From NCBI GenBank assembly GCA_050014195.1, contig JBEKDT010000009.1, positions 96,001 through 160,000 on the forward strand: a stretch of DNA of 64,000 bases. Reading direction: 5' to 3'. The translations under genes were made by a program, and so were the position numbers. This stretch comes from Desulfomonilia bacterium (GTDB taxonomy: Bacteria; Desulfobacterota; Desulfomonilia; UBA1062). How positions within the stretch are numbered: position 1 is the first letter of the stretch; each line of letters begins with the position of its first letter. The notes under the pieces were generated by a model that saw only the letters and a program-made list of their open reading frames with translations, did no database searches and was not told where the DNA came from. Shown here in pieces: positions 40,268 through 49,624 of this stretch.

Positions 40268-41461
40268 TTATACGTTTTGTGCCATCTTGAAGATTGGCAG
40301 GTACATCGCCACGACTACAAAGCCGATGACCCCGCCCAGAAATACCATAAGCATGGGCTCCAAGGCCGAGGTCAAAGCCTCCACCGCCGTATCCACCTCT
40401 TCATCGTAAAAGTCGGCGATCTTACTAAGCATCTGGTCCATGGCGCCTGTTGCTTCACCCACAGCGATCATCTGTACCACCATGCCGGGGAAGATGCCTG
40501 TCTGCTCCAGGGGTTCCGACATGGATCTCCCCTCGCTGATAGCCGTTCTGACCGCACGGATGGCATTTTCAACAATAACATTACCGGCAGTCTTGGAAGT
40601 AATGTCCAACCCGTCCATGATAGGGACTCCCGAGGAGATCATGGTGCCCAGGGTGCGGGTAAACTTTGCAACAGCTACCTTCCTGATGAGATCACCGAAG
40701 ATAGGGAGCCTTAATGCTAGTTTATCTGTGTAGAAACGCCCCTTTTCCTGGGTCCTGATCCATTTGAAGCCGAAGATAAGCAATACGATGAAACCTGCCA
40801 TCGCCCACCAGAACTTTCTGAAAAAGTAGCTCAGGTTTACCACCATTTGTGTAGGGGCCGGCAAAGCAGAGCCGAATTGTTTGAACATATCACTGAAGGT
40901 GGGGATAACGAAGATCATGAGGATTGCCACAACGCCAAAGGCTACGCACAGCACGATGATGGGGTATGTCATGGCGCTCTTGATCTTGTTTTTGAGTTGT
41001 TCATTCTTTTCCATATACACGGCGAGACGGTTCAAGACCGTATCGAGCACGCCACCGATCTCACCTGCTGCAACAAGGTTTACGTAGAGGCTGTCAAAGA
41101 CCTTCGGGTGCTTGCTCAAGGAATCTGCAAAGGTGCTTCCCCCCTCAACGTCCTGCTTTATCTGGGTAAGGACCTTTTTGAAGCTGGGGTTGGGCTGCTG
41201 GGAAGATAAGATGTCAAGGCACTGGACGAGCGGTAAGCCTGCATTGATCATGGTGGAGAACTGCCGGGTGAAGATCACGATCTCCTTGGTTTTGATCCCT
41301 TTCTCGAAGAGGGAGATTTTTTTTGCCTTGGTTTTAAGTTTTGTTGGGATGATTCTCTGCCGCTTGAGGATCATAGCTGCCGCAGCCTTGTCAGAAGCCT
41401 CGATCTCACCCTTTTTAATGCTCCCGTTGGCGAGCTTGCCTTCCCAAACGAATACTGACAT
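40268..41461 (-). CDS. pilC: Type IV pilus platform protein
   Basis: FTRQFSTMI.AG.PL, AGEIGG.LD, KSAMTYP, GEATG.MD.ML, AMYLPIF. Confidence 0.95.
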   Translation of the reverse strand: MSVFVWEGKLANGSIKKGEIEASDKAAAAMILKRQRIIPTKLKTKAKKISLFEKGIKTKEIVIFTRQFSTMINAGLPLVQCLDILSSQQPNPSFKKVLTQIKQDVEGGSTFADSLSKHPKVFDSLYVNLVAAGEIGGVLDTVLNRLAVYMEKNEQLKNKIKSAMTYPIIVLCVAFGVVAILMIFVIPTFSDMFKQFGSALPAPTQMVVNLSYFFRKFWWAMAGFIVLLIFGFKWIRTQEKGRFYTDKLALRLPIFGDLIRKVAVAKFTRTLGTMISSGVPIMDGLDITSKTAGNVIVENAIRAVRTAISEGRSMSEPLEQTGIFPGMVVQMIAVGEATGAMDQMLSKIADFYDEEVDTAVEALTSALEPMLMVFLGGVIGFVVVAMYLPIFKMAQNV

Positions 41462-41464
41462 GGG

Positions 41465-42568
41465 TTATCTCCTCTCTGTTCCTGATACGTTCCTGTGCTG
41501 AGCAGGGGACGCCATCATCTGTCTGAGCTCTTCCGGATCCATGGACCTTCCGAGCGAATCATCCAAGGTTATTAATTTACGCATGTAGAGATTCAGCAGC
41601 GACTGGTTCATGGTCTGCATGCCGTGCTTGGTCTGTCCTACCTGCATCTGGGAGTAGATCTGGTGGATCTTGTCTTCCCTGATGAGGTTCCGTATTGCCG
41701 GGGTCGTTATCATCACCTCGGCTGCAAGCACCCTCCCTTTGCCGTCCAGCCTGGGAATGAGCTGCTGGGCGATGACCGCCTCCAGTACAAATGCCATCTG
41801 AGCCCGAACCTGAGACTGCTGATGCGCCGGGAATGCATCCACGACGCGGTTGACGGTCTGGACTGCCGAGTTGGTATGTAAGGTAGCAAACACAAGGTGG
41901 CCTGTCTCGGAAATAGTGAGTGCCGCCTGTATGGTCTCCAGGTCTCTCATCTCACCGATGAACACAACGTCCGGGTCCTGCCGAAGGATGTATTTGAGGG
42001 CGGTCACAAAGCTCTTTGTGTCCGCACCGATCTCCCTCTGATTAACCAGACAGCCTTTATGCTTGTGCACGAATTCTATCGGGTCTTCTATGGTGACGAT
42101 GTGGTCGTGGCGTTCTGTGTTGATTTTGTCCAGAAATGCGGCCAAGGTGGTGGATTTACCGCATCCCGTCGGTCCTGTCACCAGGATAAGACCACGAGGA
42201 AGCGAGGTGACCCTCATGACAACCGATGGGAGGCCAAGGGTTTCGAGCGACAGGATCTCATAGGGGATCATCCTGAATACACCTGCAAGAGCACCCCTCT
42301 GAATAAAGATATTGGCCCTGAATCGGGCAACACCCTTGATGCCGAAGGAGAGGTCGAGCTCCTGTTCCTCCTCGAATTTATGCTTCTGGGCCTCAGTGAG
42401 GATAGAGTAGAGCAATTCCCGCGTAGTTTTAGGATCCATCGTTGGTACATCCAGGGGATAGAGCTGTCCTCTCACACGGATCTGGGGAGGTGATGCTGTA
42501 GTGATATGCAAGTCTGAAGCACCCTTCTCAACCATGATCTTGAGCAAGTCATAGATAGAATGTTCCAA
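41465..42568 (-). CDS. pilT: Type IV pilus retraction ATPase
   Basis: ASDLH, TGPTGCGKSTT, LRQDPDV..IGEMRD, AIRNLIRE. Confidence 0.95.
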   Translation of the reverse strand: MEHSIYDLLKIMVEKGASDLHITTASPPQIRVRGQLYPLDVPTMDPKTTRELLYSILTEAQKHKFEEEQELDLSFGIKGVARFRANIFIQRGALAGVFRMIPYEILSLETLGLPSVVMRVTSLPRGLILVTGPTGCGKSTTLAAFLDKINTERHDHIVTIEDPIEFVHKHKGCLVNQREIGADTKSFVTALKYILRQDPDVVFIGEMRDLETIQAALTISETGHLVFATLHTNSAVQTVNRVVDAFPAHQQSQVRAQMAFVLEAVIAQQLIPRLDGKGRVLAAEVMITTPAIRNLIREDKIHQIYSQMQVGQTKHGMQTMNQSLLNLYMRKLITLDDSLGRSMDPEELRQMMASPAQHRNVSGTERR

Positions 42569-42583
42569 TGAATACCTCCAAAA

Positions 42584-44290
42584 TTAATCGGCCATTGTTG
42601 TTCTTAAGATCTCTGCCACCGAAGTGGTACCTTCAAGGACCTTACTGAGGCCGCTCTGTCTCAGGGTCTTCATGCCCTGGCTGATGGACTGGTTTTTGAT
42701 CTCGGATGCTGAAGCACCCATGAGGATAAGCTCCCGTATTGCCTCGCTAATCGGCATAACTTCATAAAGGGCTATCCTTCCCTTGAACCCCATATTCCCG
42801 CATGAAGGGCAGCCCTTCCCTGTCACGCACTCTACATTGTCCGCAGTTTCAGGGTTCATGCCCATCTGGATTAGTGTTTCTTGTGATACCTCTTCATCTC
42901 TTTTTTTGCACTGGGGGCATACCTTCCGTGCGAGCCTCTGGGCCACGATAAGATTCACCGAAGACGCCACCAAAAAAGGCTCAATACCCATATTGAGGAG
43001 CCTGTTTATGGTTGAGGGTGCATCATTGGTGTGGAGCGTAGAGAGCACGAGGTGTCCTGTCAATGCAGCCTTGATCCCGATCTCTGCGGTCTCGAAATCC
43101 CGGATCTCTCCCACGAGTATAATGTCAGGGTCCTGTCTAAGGAAGGACCTCAGGGCTGTTGCAAAAGTAAGGCCGATCTCTTCATGCATCTGGACCTGAT
43201 TTACGCCCGGAAGATTAAATTCTACAGGGTCTTCAGCGGTGGATATGTTGCTATCCATCTTATTAAGCTCGGACAGTGCGGAATACAGAGTCGTCGTTTT
43301 TCCGGAACCCGTGGGCCCGGTGACGAGAACCATGCCCCATGGCTTATAGATAGCTTCTTTGAAGCGTGTGAGGGCTTGTTCTTCAAAGCCGAGCTTGGTC
43401 ATGTCGAGCTGGAGGTTCGATTTATCAAGGATTCTCAAGACCACCTTTTCGCCGAACAGGGTGGGTAGTACCGATACGCGGAATTCAACCTCCTTGCCGC
43501 CCTGGATCTTGAGTTTGATTCTGCCGTCCTGAGGCAGCCTCCTCTCTGCGATGTCAAGCTTTGCCATGATCTTCAGTCTCGAGACCAGGGCATTCTTCAT
43601 GCGGATCGGTGGTTTCATGGCTTCATAGAGCATGCCGTCAAGTCTGAATCTGATCCTCATGAATTTCTCATAGGGCTCTACATGGATGTCGCTTGCGCCC
43701 TTTTTGATGGCATCAACAAGGGTCAGGTTAACAAGCTTAATGACGGGCGCCTGGTCCGCTTCCTTTTCCAAATCTCCAACAGCGAGGTCGTCAATATCGG
43801 CTGTAACCTCTACCGAGCCCCCGAATTCTTCCATGGTGCTTAAGGCATCATCCAGGGATGCGCTCTGGTCATAGAAATGGTCTATGGCCCATTTCAGCGA
43901 ATCCTCCGAAGTAACAAACACCTCAATGGAGTACCCGGTTAAAAACTTGAGATCATCAACAGCAAATATATTCGTAGGGTCGGTCATTGCCACCTTCAGG
44001 GTGGCCCCGTTTCGATCAAAAGGGATGGCGTGGTATTTCTGGACGACATTGATAGGGATGAGCTTTACTATCTCAGGGTCAGGATTCAGGTTTTTGAGTA
44101 TGACTGCGGGCAGCCGGTATTGTTTGCCCAGGAAGTCTACGAGTTGTTCCTCGCTGAGGTGTCCAAGTTTGACAAGCTGAGAGCCTAGGCGGACACCAGA
44201 GACTTTCTGTGCCTTCTGAGCCTCGAGGAGTTGTTCGGGTGTAATAAGAGCATTTTTCACTAATTGCTCGCCTATACGCTCATTTGCCAT
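42584..44290 (-). CDS. pilB: Type IV pilus assembly ATPase with N-terminal MshEN-like motifs
   Basis: ASDIHVEP, ERRLPQDGR, GPTGSGKTTT, tetracysteine zinc motif. Confidence 0.95.
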   Translation of the reverse strand: MANERIGEQLVKNALITPEQLLEAQKAQKVSGVRLGSQLVKLGHLSEEQLVDFLGKQYRLPAVILKNLNPDPEIVKLIPINVVQKYHAIPFDRNGATLKVAMTDPTNIFAVDDLKFLTGYSIEVFVTSEDSLKWAIDHFYDQSASLDDALSTMEEFGGSVEVTADIDDLAVGDLEKEADQAPVIKLVNLTLVDAIKKGASDIHVEPYEKFMRIRFRLDGMLYEAMKPPIRMKNALVSRLKIMAKLDIAERRLPQDGRIKLKIQGGKEVEFRVSVLPTLFGEKVVLRILDKSNLQLDMTKLGFEEQALTRFKEAIYKPWGMVLVTGPTGSGKTTTLYSALSELNKMDSNISTAEDPVEFNLPGVNQVQMHEEIGLTFATALRSFLRQDPDIILVGEIRDFETAEIGIKAALTGHLVLSTLHTNDAPSTINRLLNMGIEPFLVASSVNLIVAQRLARKVCPQCKKRDEEVSQETLIQMGMNPETADNVECVTGKGCPSCGNMGFKGRIALYEVMPISEAIRELILMGASASEIKNQSISQGMKTLRQSGLSKVLEGTTSVAEILRTTMAD

Positions 44291-44308
44291 ATCTCTCCTT
44301 CCTATTGA

Positions 44309-44336
44309 CTATCGGCACTTGGGGAGTCTGACTTTA
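44309..44336 (-). promoter_or_regulatory. sigma28-like promoter of pilBTC
   Basis: TAAA-GTCAGACTCCCCAAGT(16)-GCCGATAG, 18 nt before the pilB ATG. Confidence 0.65.
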
Positions 44337-44403
44337 ACCAAACAAAACCAGCACCCAATGGTGTAACCGTATGGTTCGCCAGCATTTCTTGTGTATACAT
44401 TTC

Positions 44404-44560
44404 ATATAAGATTCTGGTCAGCAATTCCGAAGGACCCCGGTATTAAGTTCTGTTGGAAAGCCCTGTTGTAAGATATATACGCTTTGATCTTGTTGCGGCC
44501 AGTATTTTATCCCTTAAGAAGGGTCGGATCAGATGATTAAATTCCTAAAATGAGTCCCAT
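44404..44560 (-). pseudogene. Possible degraded tsaB/tsaD-like remnant
   Basis: MGLILGI*SS ... QQNLIPGSFG with in-frame stops. Confidence 0.3.
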
Positions 44561-44569
44561 GACGTATCT

Positions 44570-44902
44570 TCAAGAGCCCCTCTTGTCTTTTTTCGCCCGG
44601 ACCTGATTGATGGATATCACTTCAGCATTATGTATGATGGTTTTTTGGGGGGGTTGTTGTTTTTGTTGTCCCGGTTTTTCAAGCGCTACGATCTGTATGG
44701 GGATATCTTTCATGGTAAACGATGAACCCTCAAGGTATTCCCTCTTGAGAATCCATGTCATATCCTGCGGTGGAAAACTTAAGAAGAGGAACCTCACCTG
44801 ATACCACTTGGGTTTGATATCAGGCTCAATCACTTCAATCCTTGCATATACCGAAGGTTTATTATCAATATGTATTATAACCACATCGCCGATAGAACTC
44901 AT
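44570..44902 (-). CDS. Conserved-looking hypothetical protein
   Basis: GDVVII...P..YARIE.I.PD.K..WY.V..L.L..P pattern; basic tail. Confidence 0.7.
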   Translation of the reverse strand: MSSIGDVVIIHIDNKPSVYARIEVIEPDIKPKWYQVRFLFLSFPPQDMTWILKREYLEGSSFTMKDIPIQIVALEKPGQQKQQPPQKTIIHNAEVISINQVRAKKDKRGS

Positions 44903-45183
44903 GGGATATTCCTATCACAAAGAGTCGAACAGATCCAAGGGTGTTTTCGTAAATAAGATGGTAACATGCCGTTATTGACTAGCGGCGGTGCAGGGTTGGT
45001 TTTTAGAAAAGTGGACCATGCTCCAGCTTGATAAAACCTTGATTTTGTGAAAGAGTACCTCCATATCGTCCATGATCTTTATGATGTAATACAGGATGTT
45101 TTACCAAAGGTATAAAAGATACCTATCCATATTTATTTTAGTTATTAATCTTTTTATGCCGGAAGGACGATGATGGATAAGAG

Positions 45184-46161
45184 ATGGCTGAAGAGATCCT
45201 GTTCGTCGATGACGAAGAATATATCCTTGATATAGCCCAGCAGATCTTCGCTGAACGCGATATTACCATCCTCACTGCCCAAAGTGCCGATGAGGCCCTT
45301 GATTTAGTAAAAAAACATGAGATTGCCGTACTCGTCTCTGATAACCATATGCCCGGCATGAAGGGTATCGATCTCCTCTCCAAGGTCAAGGCCATCTCCC
45401 CTGATACAGTGAAGATTCTGATGACGGGGTTTGCAGATCTTGAGACTGCGCTGGATGCCATCAACCGGGTAGAGGTCTTCCGGTTCATTGTCAAGCCATG
45501 GGAAAACACCCAACTCGTCGGTCTTGTGGAAGATGCGCTAGAGCGTTATCGGCTCATCAAGTCCATCCTGCAGGGCGATGAGAATACTATGCGATCCCTG
45601 GTCCATGCCCTTGAACTCAAAGACCCCTACACCAGGGGACATTCCGAACGTGTTGCAGGCTATGCACTCATGATCGCCGCACATCTAGGTTTGTCCGAAG
45701 AGGCGTTGAGCTCCATACGTTATGGAAGTTGGCTGCATGACTGTGGCAAGATCGGGGTTTCTGAGAATATTCTCAATTATGAGGGGCCGTTAGATGAGAC
45801 CGAGATCCACGTTATCAGAAACCATCCCCTATGGGGCGCAGATGTGGCCCGGAAGGGACACCTGACCGGGACAATTGTGGATATCATCCTTTCCCACCAT
45901 GAGCGTTATGATGGGAAAGGCTATCCATCAGGTCTCAGGGGTGAAGAAATCCCGCTCGATGCACGAATCGTCAGTGTGGCCGATATCTATGATGCACTTA
46001 CTACGGAAAGACCATACCGGATGGCGTATATGCGAGAGAGGGCATTAGAGATGCTTCTTTCCATGAAGGGCAATGTCCTTGATCCAAAGCTGGTGGATTG
46101 CTTTGTATCCATCATGCAAAGAGGAAGCGGAGAAGAATCCGGCACACCGAAGGATCTATGA
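45184..46161 (+). CDS. Response regulator with HD-GYP (c-di-GMP phosphodiesterase) output
   Basis: VDDE/SDNHMP/KPW receiver; D.YT.GHS.RV, LHDCGK, HHERYDGKGYP. Confidence 0.92.
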   Translation: MAEEILFVDDEEYILDIAQQIFAERDITILTAQSADEALDLVKKHEIAVLVSDNHMPGMKGIDLLSKVKAISPDTVKILMTGFADLETALDAINRVEVFRFIVKPWENTQLVGLVEDALERYRLIKSILQGDENTMRSLVHALELKDPYTRGHSERVAGYALMIAAHLGLSEEALSSIRYGSWLHDCGKIGVSENILNYEGPLDETEIHVIRNHPLWGADVARKGHLTGTIVDIILSHHERYDGKGYPSGLRGEEIPLDARIVSVADIYDALTTERPYRMAYMRERALEMLLSMKGNVLDPKLVDCFVSIMQRGSGEESGTPKDL

Positions 46162-46202
46162 AGTGAATTTATTGAGGTTATGTGCTATATTATTGAATAA
46201 GT

Positions 46203-47795
46203 ATGGCAAAGATATATGGCAATAGATGGAAGATCGTAGATAATCTCGGGAGAGGTGGTCAGAGCGTAGTATTTCGCGTCATTGACACCAAGGAAGAATA
46301 CCAAGGTGAATATGCACTCAAGCGGATTCTCAACCCAAATCGACAACAAAGGTTTGTGCGTGAGATTGAAGCTATCAAACTTCTTAAGCACTCCAATATC
46401 ATCAGTATTATTGATCACTCGGCGTTAGATGCGGCGGAAGGAAACGCAGATAAGCAGTATCTCGTGATGCCTCTTGCGGAAGGTGGTGATCTTGCTTCTA
46501 AGGGGCGTGTTGCTTTGTACAAAGATTCCATTGATAGCACACTTCAGATCGCCAAACAAATTGCATCGGCATTGGCAACTGCGCATTCAAAGGAAATTAT
46601 TCACCGCGATGTCAAACCTGGGAATATCTTATTCAGTGGAAACGGACACGAAGTATGGCTTACCGATTTTGGCATCTGCCTGCTGCGGAATTATGAGAGA
46701 ATTACTGAAGAGGGAGAGATAGTAGGCCCTAGGGCTTTCATCGCTCCTGAGCTTGAGGATGGTAGTGTATTGGAAGCGACACCAGCCGCCGATATCTATT
46801 CACTGGGCAAAGTCATCTATTATGCACTGACTGGTGGTACGATTATCCCTCGCGAGCAGATACTCGAAAGACCATTCAGTCAAGTGTTTGAGAAAGGTGA
46901 GCGGCACCATTTAATCCAACTATTACTAGTGAGGATGATCTGTTCACTACAATTACGCTTGCAGAGCATGGAGGAAGTGATTCAAGAATTAGAGAAAATC
47001 GATAAATGGGAGCAGAACGCTCGCTTGCTACCACTCAATCCAGTGACTCTTGTGAGCATCGAACAAATGCAGAAGCGGGCACTGGACACTCATCACATCA
47101 AAGAAGAGAATGCAGCGGCGCGCGCTACAGAGGAACATAAGTTACAGCTCGTCGTGAAGAGCATTCTCAATTGGTTGAGGAGTGAACTTACAAAAACGGC
47201 TTCTTACATCGGCGTTGGTATTATAAAGTCGGAGGTCAGCGATTTGACAATCACTAATATACAAGACTTCAGAGTCCCCACTGCCCCCAATTCAGGATAT
47301 ATCGCTGTGGGCGGCTTGGAATTGTCAATCGAGGACAGAAGCAATTCTTCTGGTGTGAAGCACCTGCTTCATTTGATTTTATGTAAGGAGTTGAAGATTA
47401 ATTTCACTGTCCAAATTGGCAGCATTCCTCCAGCAACGCCTCTTCCCGTCAGAGATTTACAGTTAGCGCTTATCCCATATTATCTACAAACAGCAGGAAC
47501 CCGGCCTCCAAATTCATCGGCGTTTAAAGGGTACCTCACCCGTAAAGATCATATTGGACAGTCAGGAGGAACAGTAAACATACACGACCAAAATTGGGGT
47601 CTGGGACGAGGTCAGGTAAAACTCATGAAATGGACACATGTAACAAGCACATTTCATTCGAATATTTCACAGTGCTTCAGATTCAAGTTGTCCGATTGGC
47701 CGACCAACTCCAGTGCGCTCATGGAGGCACTTTCCGAGGCTTTGGATGTGTTTGTGAGTTTTGTCAAGGAGGGGGCAAGCACCATAGGCCGATAA
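46203..47795 (+). CDS. Hanks-type Ser/Thr protein kinase with unrecognised C-terminal domain
   Basis: LGRGGQSVV, YALKR, HRDVKPGN, TDFG, FIAPE, ADIYSLG; no TM segment. Confidence 0.9.
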   Translation: MAKIYGNRWKIVDNLGRGGQSVVFRVIDTKEEYQGEYALKRILNPNRQQRFVREIEAIKLLKHSNIISIIDHSALDAAEGNADKQYLVMPLAEGGDLASKGRVALYKDSIDSTLQIAKQIASALATAHSKEIIHRDVKPGNILFSGNGHEVWLTDFGICLLRNYERITEEGEIVGPRAFIAPELEDGSVLEATPAADIYSLGKVIYYALTGGTIIPREQILERPFSQVFEKGERHHLIQLLLVRMICSLQLRLQSMEEVIQELEKIDKWEQNARLLPLNPVTLVSIEQMQKRALDTHHIKEENAAARATEEHKLQLVVKSILNWLRSELTKTASYIGVGIIKSEVSDLTITNIQDFRVPTAPNSGYIAVGGLELSIEDRSNSSGVKHLLHLILCKELKINFTVQIGSIPPATPLPVRDLQLALIPYYLQTAGTRPPNSSAFKGYLTRKDHIGQSGGTVNIHDQNWGLGRGQVKLMKWTHVTSTFHSNISQCFRFKLSDWPTNSSALMEALSEALDVFVSFVKEGASTIGR

Positions 47796-47857
47796 ATTCT
47801 GATATACCGCCCTGAGTCGGTATAGTGATTGTATAACCCTTATGTGGAGATAGGTAG

Positions 47858-48640
47858 TTGTCCGATCATTATTTATCACAGCGGCAAATTTTGATTAACG
47901 GCATCGTTGCGTTTGAGCCAATTATAATGGGATTGCACAAGTCATATAAAAATAAAGAGTTCTCCGATTGGCCGACGATAGTTCTAGGGACGACCCTTCA
48001 AACTTCCGCGATTTCGCTGTCCAAGCTACTTCCCTTTAACAAACCAGGCCAAGAACCGCTCGATCAACGGTCAATCGCATCAATCATTCGGAATATCATC
48101 GACACGCATGATGCGTTGGATATGCTAATAAACGTGACGTCCCCGGAGGAATTTAATCTCCACCAAGATATACTGAAACTATATTTGTCGTCTCAAATCA
48201 AGAAGGTGCAATCTAAAATCAAGCCTGAAGACGCCCAGGAATTCCATGGGCGCGCTGCATCTCATTATTGGCGCAGAATCAAGAGTTCGAATTTGTACAA
48301 GAAGTCCATGGATCGAATAAAAAGCGGAGAATCAATTTTCTACACGACTCGGGATCAACGCGTACGAAAAGCGAGCGGGGCGCAGGCAGATGTTGTGATG
48401 GGGGTGATAGCAGATTTATCGACATATGTTCATTCCATACCCCCAGCACTCTGGATGGGAGGAATCAATGAACTTTACGCAGACAATACGAGGCACAGAG
48501 GTATTGTGTGGGTATGGTTACGAGTAGCCAACTTCTATCTTGCGCGGTGCTTCGTTTTGATTTTGAAAGTATTCCCCCAAGGGCAATCATCTGAACTAAC
48601 AGATTTCATAGCGTACCATAAAAATGTGTTCGCTGACTAG
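47858..48640 (+). CDS. DUF5677-like (possibly HEPN-related) protein
   Basis: TTG start after GGAG; D..SIASIIRNIID and LSTYVHS motifs in a helical protein. Confidence 0.55.
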   Translation: MSDHYLSQRQILINGIVAFEPIIMGLHKSYKNKEFSDWPTIVLGTTLQTSAISLSKLLPFNKPGQEPLDQRSIASIIRNIIDTHDALDMLINVTSPEEFNLHQDILKLYLSSQIKKVQSKIKPEDAQEFHGRAASHYWRRIKSSNLYKKSMDRIKSGESIFYTTRDQRVRKASGAQADVVMGVIADLSTYVHSIPPALWMGGINELYADNTRHRGIVWVWLRVANFYLARCFVLILKVFPQGQSSELTDFIAYHKNVFAD

Positions 48641-48988
48641 ATTTATAACAAGCCGCTGCTCAGCATAGATCTTACCTCAACATATTTACATTCAGTGTGC
48701 AGATATCCCCCATCTCTTGCAGTGTTTCCTATATAGAAAAAAATGCCAAACCCATCACAAAACATACATAGAACAAGTCTTCATGCCATCATATGGTTGC
48801 CGGATTAGGGGCATTTTAATTGTATTTAATTCAGGAAAAATGGAATAAACCCATCATGGCTCATGCCCTTGAGTGTAGATCTAGGTTTGGTGCCGATCTG
48901 TGGGTAAGATACTATCTATTACAATAAACCTTCTTCATGCTGCTTGGGGGTATGGTTGGAACTGTAGATGAATTGCAGTGTAGAAAAA

Positions 48989-49009
48989 GGGTCAACAAGG
49001 GGGTCAACA
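48989..49009. repeat. Tandem direct repeat GGGTCAACA x2 (12-nt period) next to tRNA-Glu 3' end
   Basis: Copies at 48989-48997 and 49001-49009. Confidence 0.7.
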
Positions 49010-49036
49010 TTGAGGGTGCTAACCCCCCGTAAACCT

Positions 49037-49114
49037 TGGCGTCCCCAAGGGGATTTGAACCCCTGTCGCCGGCGTGAAAGGCCGGTGTCCTGGGCCAGGC
49101 TAGACGATGGGGAC
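49037..49114 (-). tRNA. tRNA-Glu(TTC)
   Basis: GTCCCCA...TGGGGAC-G-CCA; CCGGC-CT-TTC-AC-GCCGG. Confidence 0.95.
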
Positions 49115-49121
49115 ATACATA

Positions 49122-49194
49122 TGAGCCAGGAGGGACTCGAACCCTCGACCACCGGATTAAAAGTCCGATGCTCTACCAACTGAGCTACTGGCTC
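49122..49194 (-). tRNA. tRNA-Lys(TTT), CCA not encoded
   Basis: GAGCCAG...CTGGCTC-A; TCGGA-CT-TTT-AA-TCCGG; GTTCGAGTC. Confidence 0.95.
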
Positions 49195-49367
49195 AGTTCG
49201 AAACCCCCTATGTCATGGTTGCAGGAAAATATCAAGGGTAAAAAAGCCTTATCAATTGCATAGAAGCCGTTGTATTGTTAGGCATCATGAGCCTATACAG
49301 CCAACCCTTCCACACCGCTGAATGGTGTTTTCTGTATGACAGAAGTTGTGATATAGATTTATACGAT

Positions 49368-49589
49368 ATGATCTGGGTGATACTCTATATTCCGATCGCC
49401 GTTTACATGGCTTATGCGTTTACCTCGCATCTTGAACCCATCTCTTGGGCCATTGTCTTTGCAGTCATCCTTGGGTTCTCTATTGTGGAGTGGCTTATGG
49501 TGAGAAAAGACAGCTCCCGATCGAGGATAACACTTACGATCATGTGCCTCACCCTTGTGTCACTCCTTGGAGGCATGATTTTGAGATGA
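49368..49589 (+). CDS. Small 3-TM hypothetical membrane protein
   Basis: Three hydrophobic stretches from ATG 49368. Confidence 0.5.
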   Translation: MIWVILYIPIAVYMAYAFTSHLEPISWAIVFAVILGFSIVEWLMVRKDSSRSRITLTIMCLTLVSLLGGMILR

Positions 49590-49624
49590 GAGGTAATCTA
49601 TCGGATCAGATGGAAGATCAGGGG

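Larger units (their letters stand above)
46203..49036. mobile_element. Possible remnant islet at the tRNA-Glu 3' end (no integrase)
   Basis: Two accessory-type genes plus about 400 nt of non-coding DNA abutting the tRNA 3' end, with a direct repeat. Confidence 0.35.

Noticed and set aside
48919-49183. ORFs overlapping tRNA-Glu/tRNA-Lys
   Set aside because: Explained by the tRNA genes
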